64,000 nucleotides of DNA from an uncultured Chloroflexia bacterium (GTDB lineage: Bacteria; Chloroflexota; Limnocylindria; Limnocylindrales; CSP1-4). A program made the translations under genes and the position numbers. The stretch lies in the NCBI GenBank assembly GCA_963707215.1, contig CAVPPB010000002.1, forward strand, positions 160,001 through 224,000, read 5' to 3'. A model generated the notes under the pieces. That model had not been told where the DNA came from. It saw only the letters and a list, made by a program, of their open reading frames with translations, and made no database searches. The first letter of the stretch is position 1. The number at the start of each line of letters is the position of its first letter. Positions 1 through 8,786 of this stretch are shown piece by piece.

Positions 1-596
1 CGCGGCCGTGCGGACAGCCTCGCTCACGACCGCGGTCCCGCCGAGAACGACCACCTTCGATGGCTTGAGGCGGGCGAGTTCGGTCGCCGTCGCGGACGGG
101 AGGGTCGTCCGACCGACCAGCAGCACCGGACCACCGGCCCGTGCCGCAGCGACGGTCCCGGCCAGGGCATCGGGGAAGTCGAGCCCGGTGGCGAGGTAGG
201 CGACCGGAGCTCCGGATGGGAAGGCGGCCCGGCTGATGGCCGCCGCGGTCGCGTAGCGATCGCCGCCGGCGAGACGGGACGAGGCGACGCCGCCCGCGGC
301 AGCCGCCGCGGCCGTGCGGACAGCCTCGCTCACGACCGCGGTCCCGCCGAGAACGACCACCTTCGATGGCTTGAGGCGGGCGAGTTCGGTCGCCGTCGCG
401 GACGGGAGGGTCGTCCGACCGACCAGCAGCACCGGACCACCGGCCCGTGCCGCAGCGACGGTCCCGGCCAGGGCATCGGGGAAGTCGAGCCCGGTGGCGA
501 GGTAGGCGACCGGAGCTCCGGATGGGAAGGCGGCCCGGCTGATGGCCGCCGCGGTCGCGTAGCGATCGCCGCCGGCGAGACGGGACGAGGCGACGC
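1..596. repeat. Exact tandem repeat, 306-bp period (CWB2 domain copies)
   Basis: 1-290 recurs at 307-596; track ORFs 8..199 and 314..505 are identical. Confidence 0.95.
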
Positions 597-1878
597 TCGG
601 GTCAGGAAGCATCGAGCCGTCGTCGAGTGGGATGCCCCAGCTACCCAGGACGGCATCACGCTGGGTCCGGCTCAGGTAGACAGCACCCTCTTCTCCCGGC
701 GTTCCGTTGTACGCGCCGAGCGTGCTGCGGCCCCCCGACCATTCGAAGCGGTACGAGGAGGGCTCCGGGGCTCCGATCCAGTAGCGGCCGCCATAGCCCC
801 GGTTGCCGTTCGCGGCGGCGAACAGGGTTCCACCGTGGTCGTCGTACCAACCGGCGACACGATCCGCGCTGCTGCTGATGACGATGTTGTCGTGGACGAC
901 ATTGTGGTCGTGCGGTTGGAGCTGTCGGGCCTGGCTGATCACGCTGATACCGCGCCCGTTCCAGGCCACGACGTTGTCCCGGACCTCGGCCCCGTCCGAC
1001 GAGCTGATGGTGATGCCTGCCCCGTAGCCCCAGGCGACGAACGACCAGCCGTTCTCCCAGACCGCGTTGTCGTGGATCTGCGCGCCACGACTGATCTCGA
1101 AGAAGATGCCCTCCCGGTCATTGTGGTGGACTCGGTTCTCGCGAACGATGGCGTTCTGGACGTCGTTGTCGAACCAGATCCCTGGGCCGCGGTTGTGGTC
1201 GACCTCGTTCCCCTCGAACGTGACCCTCTGGCTGGCCATGACCTTGCCGCCGCCCGCCTCGACCATCCGGTCGAACCGAAGTGCCATGTTGTTGTGGTGG
1301 ATGCGGTTCCGGGCGAACAGGGTGTCCGAGACCCCGTTGGCGAAGTAGCCTTCCTTGCCGCACCCGGTGAGCTCGCTATCAAGGATCCGATGGCCGGTCC
1401 CGCCATTGAGCGATACGCAGATCGTGGCGCTGTCGCGGGCGATGCCGTCGCGGAAGGTGAACCGGGAGACGCCGGTCGTCCAGACGGCGCCCTTGTGGGT
1501 CTCGCTGCTCACCCTTGTCACGGTGAGCCCGTTGACGGTCACGTCGTTGGCCGTGATCGCCAACCCGAGCGAGCGGGTGTTCTCGCCGTCGATCGTGGCC
1601 CCATGGGCATTCACCGTCAGCGGCTTGGAGATGGTCACGGTCTCGCGGTAGACGCACGCCGGCACCGTGATGGTCCCGCCACTCGGAGCGGCGCTGACCA
1701 GGGCCTGGAATGAGGGACACGCGGCGAGGGCCGGGGCCATGGTGGCCTCGCCCGGTCCGCCGGGGACCCACGATGCGAGGCTGACCCCCATCGCGGTCAC
1801 CAGGCCTAGCACGGCGAAGGCTCCGCGGCGAGCGCGGCTGCGACGGGAGGCGTCGAGCGGCAAGGAAGTGGCGGACAT
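1..1878 (-). CDS. Secreted right-handed beta-helix (pectate lyase-like/NosD-type) protein with C-terminal cell wall binding repeats 2 (CWB2); 3' end runs off the window
   Basis: Manual minus-strand translation from ATG at 1878 (GGGAG upstream): MSATSLPLDASRRSRARRGAFAVLGLVTAMG (signal-like), beta-helix repeats (GNEVDHNRGPGIWFD, ENRVHHNDREGIFFE), then RLAGGDRYATAAAIS...DFPDALAG...GGPVLLV...VVVLGGTAVVS, typical of CWB2. Absent from the ORF track because it has no stop in the window. Confidence 0.85.
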   Translation of the reverse strand, partial: MSATSLPLDASRRSRARRGAFAVLGLVTAMGVSLASWVPGGPGEATMAPALAACPSFQALVSAAPSGGTITVPACVYRETVTISKPLTVNAHGATIDGENTRSLGLAITANDVTVNGLTVTRVSSETHKGAVWTTGVSRFTFRDGIARDSATICVSLNGGTGHRILDSELTGCGKEGYFANGVSDTLFARNRIHHNNMALRFDRMVEAGGGKVMASQRVTFEGNEVDHNRGPGIWFDNDVQNAIVRENRVHHNDREGIFFEISRGAQIHDNAVWENGWSFVAWGYGAGITISSSDGAEVRDNVVAWNGRGISVISQARQLQPHDHNVVHDNIVISSSADRVAGWYDDHGGTLFAAANGNRGYGGRYWIGAPEPSSYRFEWSGGRSTLGAYNGTPGEEGAVYLSRTQRDAVLGSWGIPLDDGSMLPDPSVASSRLAGGDRYATAAAISRAAFPSGAPVAYLATGLDFPDALAGTVAAARAGGPVLLVGRTTLPSATATELARLKPSKVVVLGGTAVVSEAVRTAAAAAAGGVASSRLAGGDRYATAAAISRAAFPSGAPVAYLATGLDFPDALAGTVAAARAGGPVLLVGRTTLPSATATELARLKPSKVVVLGGTAVVSEAVRTAA

Positions 1879-2035
1879 CGCGCTCCCATCGAGGCGCCGA
1901 CCGACGTTGGGAGGGCGTCGACCGGCGGGGTGGACTCACCGGCAAGGCTAACCCAGATCGTGTTTCGCGGGCCCCGACGAGGGCCGCTGGGACGAGGGAC
2001 CCCGCCGACGGACCCGACCGCGGCATACTCCCGTC

Positions 2036-3373
2036 GTGGTCCGACGGCTGGTCGGTGGCTCGCCGCTTCAGCGACTTCGGGCGCTGCGTGCCGAATTCGA
2101 CCGCGCCGTCTGGGTCCTCGCATTCGGCGACCTCGTCGCGAGCTTCGGCTTCAGCCTGATCTTCCCGTTCCTGACGATCTACCTCACCGCCGAGCTGGGT
2201 GGATCGGCCGCCCAGGCTGGTCTGATCCTGGGGCTCTACTCGATCGTCTCGATCGGCTCGAACGCCGTCGGCGGCTGGCTCGCCGACCGGGTCGGCCGCA
2301 AGGCCGTGATGGTCGTCTCGATCACGCTCACCGCGATCGTCATCGCGATGATGGGCATGGTCCGCGACCTTGCCTGGGTGGCGGCCCTCACGCTGGTCCT
2401 CGGGCTGGTGGATCCTCCGTTCATCCCGGCTGCCAGGGCCGCCGTGGCCGACGTGGTGCCGGAGCCGAGGCGACCGAGAGCCTATGGCCTGCTGGGAGTG
2501 GCGGCCAGCATCGGCTGGATCGCCGGGCCGTCCGTGGGTGCCGGGCTCTCGGGGCTGGGCTATGGCCTCCTGTTCGTGGCCTCGGGAATCATCGTCGGCG
2601 CCTATGCAGTCATCCTGATCGTTGCCTTCCGGGAGACCAGGCCGGGACCGGTGGGAGCGTCGATCTCCGCCGCGGGGGTCGAACCGGCTCCGGTCGATGC
2701 TGCCTCCGCCCGCGTCACCGCCGATCCGCCGGCCACCGCCGGGGCGCACCCGCCGGCCCCGCCCGGAGGGCTGAGCAGCGAGCGCCTGCTCATCTTCGGG
2801 GTCTTCCTGCTGCTCGCCGTGGCGATCCATGCGACGGCGTTCCAGTGGGTCGTCACCCTGCCGATCCACGCCTACGCCGATCTAGGGCTCTCGACCGCTA
2901 CCTGGGGTCTTCTGTTCGCTGTCAACGGGGTCCTGATCCTGCTCTTCCAGCTGCGGATCACGAGCGCCGCCGAGACCCGCAACCGTCCGCGGTTCATGGC
3001 CGTGGGCGCCCTCTGGTATGCGCTCGGCTATCTCCTCGTCGCGCTCATCCCGGGAGCCGCGATCGCTGCGCCGGCACTCGCCGCCACGGTCGTCCTGGTG
3101 ACCATCGGCGAGATGTGCATCTACCCGATCGAACCGTCCTTCGTCTCCGAGCTGTCGCCGCCCTCGCAGCGCGGTCGTGATCAGGGTCTGCTCGGCGCGG
3201 CGATGGGCCTTGGGACGGCGATCGGCCCGGTGGTCGGCGGCGTGGTCCTCGACGCGGCGCCCGGACCGGGTCTCTGGCTCGGCACCGCCGGGGTATGCGC
3301 AGTCACGGCCGCCGGCTTGTGGTGGCTCGGCGGCCGCGTGGTGCGGATCCGCCCCCTCTCGATCGCCGCGTGA
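2036..3373 (+). CDS. MFS transporter
   Basis: About 12 hydrophobic segments; motif A GGWLADRVGRK. Confidence 0.9.
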   Translation: MVRRLVGGSPLQRLRALRAEFDRAVWVLAFGDLVASFGFSLIFPFLTIYLTAELGGSAAQAGLILGLYSIVSIGSNAVGGWLADRVGRKAVMVVSITLTAIVIAMMGMVRDLAWVAALTLVLGLVDPPFIPAARAAVADVVPEPRRPRAYGLLGVAASIGWIAGPSVGAGLSGLGYGLLFVASGIIVGAYAVILIVAFRETRPGPVGASISAAGVEPAPVDAASARVTADPPATAGAHPPAPPGGLSSERLLIFGVFLLLAVAIHATAFQWVVTLPIHAYADLGLSTATWGLLFAVNGVLILLFQLRITSAAETRNRPRFMAVGALWYALGYLLVALIPGAAIAAPALAATVVLVTIGEMCIYPIEPSFVSELSPPSQRGRDQGLLGAAMGLGTAIGPVVGGVVLDAAPGPGLWLGTAGVCAVTAAGLWWLGGRVVRIRPLSIAA

Positions 3374-3443
3374 CGTCGCCGCGCTGGCGTCGACCGCGCC
3401 CGTAACGCGTCCGTCGGCCTGGGCGCCTGCTAGCGTACGGGGC

Positions 3444-4241
3444 ATGACCGAGACGACCGGACCGAAGCCTCCAGCCGGTTCCCGCTCGGCACGCGGCCAC
3501 TCGGTCTGGGTCCCCCGCCAGCACGGCGCCTGGGCGATGCTCGCCCTGCCGCTCCTGCTGGGTGTCGCGGCGAGCCGTCCCGACGCCTGGCAGGTCGTCC
3601 TCGCCGGCGCGGCTCTCTCCGCGTATCTCGGCTCCGCGGCGTTCCAGGCCTGGTCCCGTGCCCGCCGGCCGCCGGAGTACCGTGTCCCGATCCTGGTCTA
3701 CGGCGTGACGTTCGTCGTGCTGGGCGGTCTGCTGGTCCTCGCCTGGCCAGCCCTGCTCCTGGCCGGGCTCGTGGTGGTGCCGGCCGGGCTGGTCGTCTTC
3801 GGCGGAGCCCGACCGGGGACCCGGCGCGACCTCGCCAACAGCTTCGCCCAGGTCGCCCAGGCGCTCGTCCTGGTGCCGGCGACGGCCTATGTCTCTGGGG
3901 CGTTCGAGTCCGAGCGGGTCGCGGCCTACCTCGCCGTGGCTGCCGCGTACCTGATCGGGACCGTCCTCGTCGTCCGTTCCGTGCTCCGCGAGCGGGGCAA
4001 CGACCGGTTCGCCGCGATCTCCGTCGGCTTCCATCTCGCGACCGTCGTCGGGGCCGTCCTCTTCCTGCCCTGGCCGTACACGGTCGTCGCTGCAGGGTTG
4101 ACCGCCCGGGCCGTCGCCTTGCCGGTCGTCCAGCGCCGACGCGCTGGGACCCCGAGCCCGCTCCGCCCGGTCCAGGTGGGGATCGTCGAGATCGCCGCCT
4201 CGGCCGCCGTCGTGCTGGTCTCGTTCCTGGTCCCTCTCTAG
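3444..4241 (+). CDS. YwiC-like membrane protein
   Basis: N-terminal WVPRQHGAWAML signature; multi-TM; ATG at 3444. Confidence 0.85.
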   Translation: MTETTGPKPPAGSRSARGHSVWVPRQHGAWAMLALPLLLGVAASRPDAWQVVLAGAALSAYLGSAAFQAWSRARRPPEYRVPILVYGVTFVVLGGLLVLAWPALLLAGLVVVPAGLVVFGGARPGTRRDLANSFAQVAQALVLVPATAYVSGAFESERVAAYLAVAAAYLIGTVLVVRSVLRERGNDRFAAISVGFHLATVVGAVLFLPWPYTVVAAGLTARAVALPVVQRRRAGTPSPLRPVQVGIVEIAASAAVVLVSFLVPL

Positions 4242-4291
4242 GTCCGCCCGGCCCCACGGCAGCAGCGGGGCACGGTCGTCGACCGCGACCC

Positions 4292-4987
4292 TCAGAGATC
4301 GGCGACGTCGACGATGCCGCGGCGGACCGCGAACTTGAGCAGGTCGATCCGGTCGTGGAGGTCGAGCTTCTCCATGACCGATGCCCGGTAGTTGTGGATC
4401 GTCTGCTCGCTCAGGTGGAAGACCTTGGCGATCTCGCGGTTGGTGTGGCCGACGGCGGCGAGGAGGAGGACCTCCTTCTCGCGCTCGGTCAGGGTGTCGT
4501 AGGCGTCCTCGATCGGGGCGCCCGGGGTCCGCAGGACGTAGGTGTTGACCATCCGGGTCACGATCGCCGGGGACACGTAGGTCTCGCCCCGGGCGACGCA
4601 GCGGAGGGCAGCGACGATGTCGGCGGCCTGGGCCTCGCGGGTCAGGTAGCCGTCGGCCCCGGCCTTGAGGGCGAGGCTGAACTGCTCGCTCCCGCAGCGG
4701 CACTCGAGGGCGATGATCCGGACGGCCGGCTTGAGCGAGCGGATCGTCTCGATCGACTCGAAGCTCGCGCAGCCGGCGGCGGTGATCGGCTGGCACTCGG
4801 TGATGACGACATCGGTCGCGATCGTCTCGATCGCCGCCCGCAGGCCCTCGCGCTCGACGACCTCGCCGACGACCGCCATCCCGGGCTCGGCGTCGATGAC
4901 GCTGCGCAGCCCGGTCGTGAGCATCGGGAAGTCGAAGACCGCCAGGAGCACCCGGAGCCGATCGCCGACGGGCGCGGACCCGTTCAT
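4292..4987 (-). CDS. NarL/LuxR-family response regulator with atypical receiver (copy 1)
   Basis: REC-like N-terminus (ALKAGADGYL) plus LuxR HTH (LTEREKEVLLLAAVGHTNREIA). Alternative GTG start at 5005. Confidence 0.9.
   Translation of the reverse strand: MNGSAPVGDRLRVLLAVFDFPMLTTGLRSVIDAEPGMAVVGEVVEREGLRAAIETIATDVVITECQPITAAGCASFESIETIRSLKPAVRIIALECRCGSEQFSLALKAGADGYLTREAQAADIVAALRCVARGETYVSPAIVTRMVNTYVLRTPGAPIEDAYDTLTEREKEVLLLAAVGHTNREIAKVFHLSEQTIHNYRASVMEKLDLHDRIDLLKFAVRRGIVDVADL
4428..4985. repeat. ~558-bp direct repeat, copy 1 (identical to 8919-9476)
   Basis: Offset of 4491 bp; the alternative-frame ORF translations are also identical across the block. Confidence 0.9.
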
Positions 4988-5219
4988 AACGTCACCACCG
5001 TTCACCGAGGGTCATCGGCCACGACGACCCGCGGGACGCAACGCAACTATCCGTCGACGCCCGTGGTGTCCGGATGGGCCATCCGTCCCGGTGGGCGGGC
5101 ACGCCGGCCCGGCTCCCGCGGGTCGCTCGTACCGCCCGACCCTGCCGAGTGGGCCCGTGCCGCGTGGGCAGCGTGCTCGACCTGGGACGGCCGGCAACGG
5201 TCCCGGAAGCAGGTGCGCC

Positions 5220-5969
5220 CTACTGCGACGCGATCGTCTCGCTGTGGCAGAAGGCGCACATCCCCTCGCGACGGGCCAGCTCGTGCGGTGCCTCGGGTGC
5301 CTCGTCGACCGTGCCATGGCAGGAGATGCACGTCTCGTCGGTCCAGCCGTCGTGGCTGGCCGGCAGCGCACCCGCCTCACCGGGATCGTGGCAGTCGGTG
5401 CACGGTTGGTCCGGTGAGAGCCGGTGGAGGAAGTGCGGCTCCTGGAAGGACACCGACTGGTGGCAGACGAAGCACGCCGACTCGGGGCGCTCCGCCATGG
5501 CCGGCGGCAACGGGGCGCTGCTGCCGTGGCAGTCGAGGCAGTCCTGGCTCTGCGTCGGAGGGTGCGGGCGCGAGGGCGCGAGGGCGGTGCTCTCCTTGTG
5601 GCACGAGAGGCACTGCTCGGCATGGATGCCGTCGTGGCCCGGGGCCGTCTGGACCAGCCGCTGCGGGGAGTGGCATTCGGTGCAATCGTCCCAGCCCTCG
5701 AGTGGGTGGGCCAGGGGCGGAACGGGGTTCGTCCCGATCGTCCCGTCGGCGGTCATGTGGCAGCCGAGGCAGTCGTCGCCGAGGGCCATCGACAGGTCGC
5801 CGCCCATCAGGGGGAGCGACGGCTTTGGGCTCGGCGAGGCCTCCGCATCGATGTAGCCGCCCGGGTCGCGCAGCCCGAAGGCCACGATCGCGATCGTGGC
5901 CAGGATCGCCAGGAAGCCGAACCAGGCCCCGACGGCCAGCCAGCGGGAGTGCCGTCGGACGAAGGCCAT
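5220..5969 (-). CDS. Membrane-anchored octaheme cytochrome c
   Basis: Starts MAFVRRHSRW (TGATG overlap with nrfD); one N-terminal TM; 8 CxxCH motifs (CLGCH, CTECH, CLSCH, CLDCH, CFVCH, CTDCH, CISCH, CAFCH). Confidence 0.9.
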   Translation of the reverse strand: MAFVRRHSRWLAVGAWFGFLAILATIAIVAFGLRDPGGYIDAEASPSPKPSLPLMGGDLSMALGDDCLGCHMTADGTIGTNPVPPLAHPLEGWDDCTECHSPQRLVQTAPGHDGIHAEQCLSCHKESTALAPSRPHPPTQSQDCLDCHGSSAPLPPAMAERPESACFVCHQSVSFQEPHFLHRLSPDQPCTDCHDPGEAGALPASHDGWTDETCISCHGTVDEAPEAPHELARREGMCAFCHSETIASQ

Positions 5970-7243
5970 CAGAGGACCCCCTCGGTCGCGGCCGGGGCGA
6001 AGACCGTGACCTCGATCTCGCTCGGCTGCTGGTGGCCCAGGTGCGGGCGCATGTCGAGGAACCGCTCGGCGAGCGTGTACATGAGCGCGATGAAGGCGCC
6101 ACCACCGACGAGGATGCTGATCTCCACGAGCGTCGGCATGTACTCGGCGAACGGCGACGAGACGACGCCCGAGGCCGTCGTGGTGGGGACGATCTGGCCG
6201 GCGTGGACGAAGAGCGCGCGGTCGGCGATGAGGCCGATGAAGGCGAGGACAGAGGCGGCCATGATGCCGTCGGGCGTCCGCGTCCGCGGCACGACCAGCA
6301 GGACGAGCGGGACGACCAGGCCCAGGCCGACCCGGACGACCCAGAACGGCAGGGCCAGTGGCCCGTCGACCAGCGTCGCCGTCGACTCGGCCAGGTACGG
6401 GGTCGTGCTCTGGAGGTCGGTAACCAGCTTGGCGGCGAGGAGGACGAGCGTGGCCACGACGGCGATGACGAGCAGGAAGCGGGCTGCCGGCAGGGCGATG
6501 GTCGCGGCCCGCTCGAAGTCGGCCAGGCGGTAGCGGTGGACCCCCCAGAAGACGATGCCCAGGAGGGCGGTCCCGGACAGGAAGGCCGACAGGATCATGT
6601 ACGGCGGGGTCAGGGCGCCGTGCCAGAACGGATGGGCCGCCAGCACCGCGAACACCGCGCCCAGGGTCAGCGGCGCGAAGACCGCCGTGACCGAGGAGCA
6701 GACGCAGGAGATCCGGTGGATCGTGTAGTGGTTGGTGAACATGCTGCCGACCTCGACGACGAGGAACAGCAGGTAGGCCCCGTAGAAGACGCCCATCCAC
6801 CACATCGGGGAGAACGGGCTGGGACTCAGGACGGCCCCGAAGACCATCCGCACCGGGAAGTGCAGGTCGAGGGCGATGATCCCGAAGGCGGTGACGAGCG
6901 AGAGCAGGGCAAGGACCGCGTGTCGCTTCTCGAAGGGCAGGAAGCGCTCGATGTTGAAGACCGTCCCCAGGGACGAGGCCAGGCACAGCCCGCTCGTGGT
7001 GACGGCGAAGAAGACGTAGCCGGTGATCAGGATGCCCCACTCGAAGCTCGGGCTCGTCCCGAAGACCTCCCAGCCGGGCGGCAAGGCGATGAGCGCGCCG
7101 GCCGCTCCGAGCAGGCAGAGGGCCGTCAGGAAGGCGAACCAGAGCTTGAGGGCGAACGGCTGGCTGAGGACCTCGCCGCGGACCGCGCCGTAGACGGAGC
7201 GGGGCAGGGTAGCCAGGTCGTGGGTCGTGACATGGACGGCCAT
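5969..7243 (-). CDS. nrfD: NrfD/PsrC-family quinol oxidoreductase membrane subunit
   Basis: WGILITGYVFF, ALDLHFPVR, SPMWWM motifs; about 10 TM; directly downstream of a 4Fe-4S subunit. Confidence 0.88.
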   Translation of the reverse strand: MAVHVTTHDLATLPRSVYGAVRGEVLSQPFALKLWFAFLTALCLLGAAGALIALPPGWEVFGTSPSFEWGILITGYVFFAVTTSGLCLASSLGTVFNIERFLPFEKRHAVLALLSLVTAFGIIALDLHFPVRMVFGAVLSPSPFSPMWWMGVFYGAYLLFLVVEVGSMFTNHYTIHRISCVCSSVTAVFAPLTLGAVFAVLAAHPFWHGALTPPYMILSAFLSGTALLGIVFWGVHRYRLADFERAATIALPAARFLLVIAVVATLVLLAAKLVTDLQSTTPYLAESTATLVDGPLALPFWVVRVGLGLVVPLVLLVVPRTRTPDGIMAASVLAFIGLIADRALFVHAGQIVPTTTASGVVSSPFAEYMPTLVEISILVGGGAFIALMYTLAERFLDMRPHLGHQQPSEIEVTVFAPAATEGVL

Positions 7244-8082
7244 CAGCTCACCTCGCCCTCGAGACCGAGGTAGTAGACGCGCGGCTCGGTACCCTGCTCG
7301 GGCTTCATCACCCGGATGCGCGGATCCTGGAGCAGCTCGTTCACCGGGGCCGCCGGATCGGCCCGGTCACCGAAGCTCCGGGCGCCGACCGGGCAGACAC
7401 CGACGCAAGCTGGCTGGAGCCCGCGGGTGGTCCGGTGGTAGCAGAACGTGCACTTGTCGGCGACGCCCGGGTAGCCGCCCGGCATCTCGTCGCCCGCCGG
7501 CACGATGTAGCGGGCGCCGTACGGGCAGGCGACGACGCAGTAGCCGCAGCCGATGCAGCGGGCCGGGTCGACGAGGACGACGCCGTCCTCCGTCTTGTAG
7601 GTCGCGCTGACCGGACAGACCGAGACGCACGGCGGGTCGTCGCACTGCATGCAGAGGCGCGGCACGAAGTACGCCTCGTGGGCGCGATCGCCGACCTCGC
7701 CGTCGGTCGCGACCGCCGGCGGGAAGCCCTCGATGCCGCCATCCGGCGAGTCGATGACCACCGCGCCGTCCGCGGCGACCGTGTGGCGCTCGACCCAGGT
7801 CCGGTTGCACTCGGGCTCGAGAGGGACCTCGTTCTCCAACTTGCAGGCCTCGACACAGAGGCCGCAGCCGATGCACTTCGTGGCGTCGCACACGAAGACC
7901 CAGTCGTGGCTGGCCGGGTCGTAGGCCAACGGCTCGGGCAGCGGCTCGGCTGCCTGGGCGGTCGGATCGACCGGCGAGGCGAGCAGGGCCGAGAGCAGGT
8001 GGACACCGCCGAGCGCGGGCAGGGCCATGACGCCGGCCTTGAGGACCGCCCGGCGCGAGCAGGTCGGGAGGGTCGGGTTCAT
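7243..8082 (-). CDS. Tat-exported 4x[4Fe-4S] protein (NrfC/DsrO/TtrB-like)
   Basis: SRRAVLK twin-arginine motif; CIGCGLCVEAC, CMQCDDPPCVSVCP, CIGCGYCVVACP, KCTFC...CVGVCP. Confidence 0.92.
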   Translation of the reverse strand: MNPTLPTCSRRAVLKAGVMALPALGGVHLLSALLASPVDPTAQAAEPLPEPLAYDPASHDWVFVCDATKCIGCGLCVEACKLENEVPLEPECNRTWVERHTVAADGAVVIDSPDGGIEGFPPAVATDGEVGDRAHEAYFVPRLCMQCDDPPCVSVCPVSATYKTEDGVVLVDPARCIGCGYCVVACPYGARYIVPAGDEMPGGYPGVADKCTFCYHRTTRGLQPACVGVCPVGARSFGDRADPAAPVNELLQDPRIRVMKPEQGTEPRVYYLGLEGEVS

Positions 8083-8786
8083 CGGCCGTCTCCATGGAGT
8101 CCGTCGGCTCCGTCTGCGTGGCAGCCGAGGCAGATCGCGTCGTCGGCCTCCTCGTGCCCGGTCGGCAACTCCTTCAGGCCCTCGGGCTTGTGGCAGACCG
8201 TGCAGGCTGGCAGCTTGACCATCGGGTGGACCACGACGGGCGGCCGCACGACCGCCGTCGAGTGCGCGTCATGGCAGGCTCGGCATTCGCCGGAGCGGAA
8301 GTGCGTCGAGAGGTCCACCTGGGGGAAGCCGATCGGGCGGCCGCTCGTCGCTGCGTGGCACTGGGCACACATGCCAGCCGGGGGGATCTCCAGCGGGAGC
8401 TTCGCGACCGCCGCGTCGGTCGAGTGGGCCGCGAGGGGTCCATGGCAGCTCTCGCAGCTGATCGAGCGATGCTGCGAGGTCGCCTGGCGTCCGTACTCGG
8501 CGGCGTGGCAGGTCTGGCAGATGCCCGCCTGGGCGAAGGCCGGCTCGTGGGCGGCCCACTCTCGGGCGTCGGCTTCCGGGTGGAAGCCGTACTCCTCGTA
8601 GAAGGTCACCGCGGCGAGCGCGGCGGCGAACGAGCCGATCGTCAGCACGGCGACCATCGCCAGCCCGCCGGCGACCGCGAGGGCGTAGCCGCGCGGGGTG
8701 CGGGGGCGGAACCGTTCGAGCCGGGAGGCGGCCGAGCCGCCGAGCTGCCGGATCCGCTCGCTGTGGGGGAGGGTCGGTCGCTTCAC
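8079..8786 (-). CDS. Membrane-anchored hexaheme cytochrome c
   Basis: Probable GTG start overlapping the regulator stop (GTGA); one TM; 6 CxxCH motifs (CQTCH, CESCH, CAQCH, CRACH, CTVCH, CLGCH). Confidence 0.88.
   Translation of the reverse strand: MKRPTLPHSERIRQLGGSAASRLERFRPRTPRGYALAVAGGLAMVAVLTIGSFAAALAAVTFYEEYGFHPEADAREWAAHEPAFAQAGICQTCHAAEYGRQATSQHRSISCESCHGPLAAHSTDAAVAKLPLEIPPAGMCAQCHAATSGRPIGFPQVDLSTHFRSGECRACHDAHSTAVVRPPVVVHPMVKLPACTVCHKPEGLKELPTGHEEADDAICLGCHADGADGLHGDGR

Noticed and set aside
1-596. Repeat as a CRISPR array or mobile element
   Set aside because: The 306-bp unit is in frame, has no spacers and encodes CWB2 domains.
1921-1960. GGGGTGGACTC...GCTAACCC resembling a c-di-AMP (ydaO) riboswitch
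   Set aside because: Only short word matches; the other conserved blocks are absent and it is on the opposite strand to the surface-protein gene.
4355-7273. Long antisense or alternative-frame ORFs (e.g. 4355..7273, 14018..17164, 57370..59841)
   Set aside because: Shadow ORFs typical of high-GC DNA; they overlap genes with clear motifs and have Arg/Pro/Gly-rich, non-protein-like composition.
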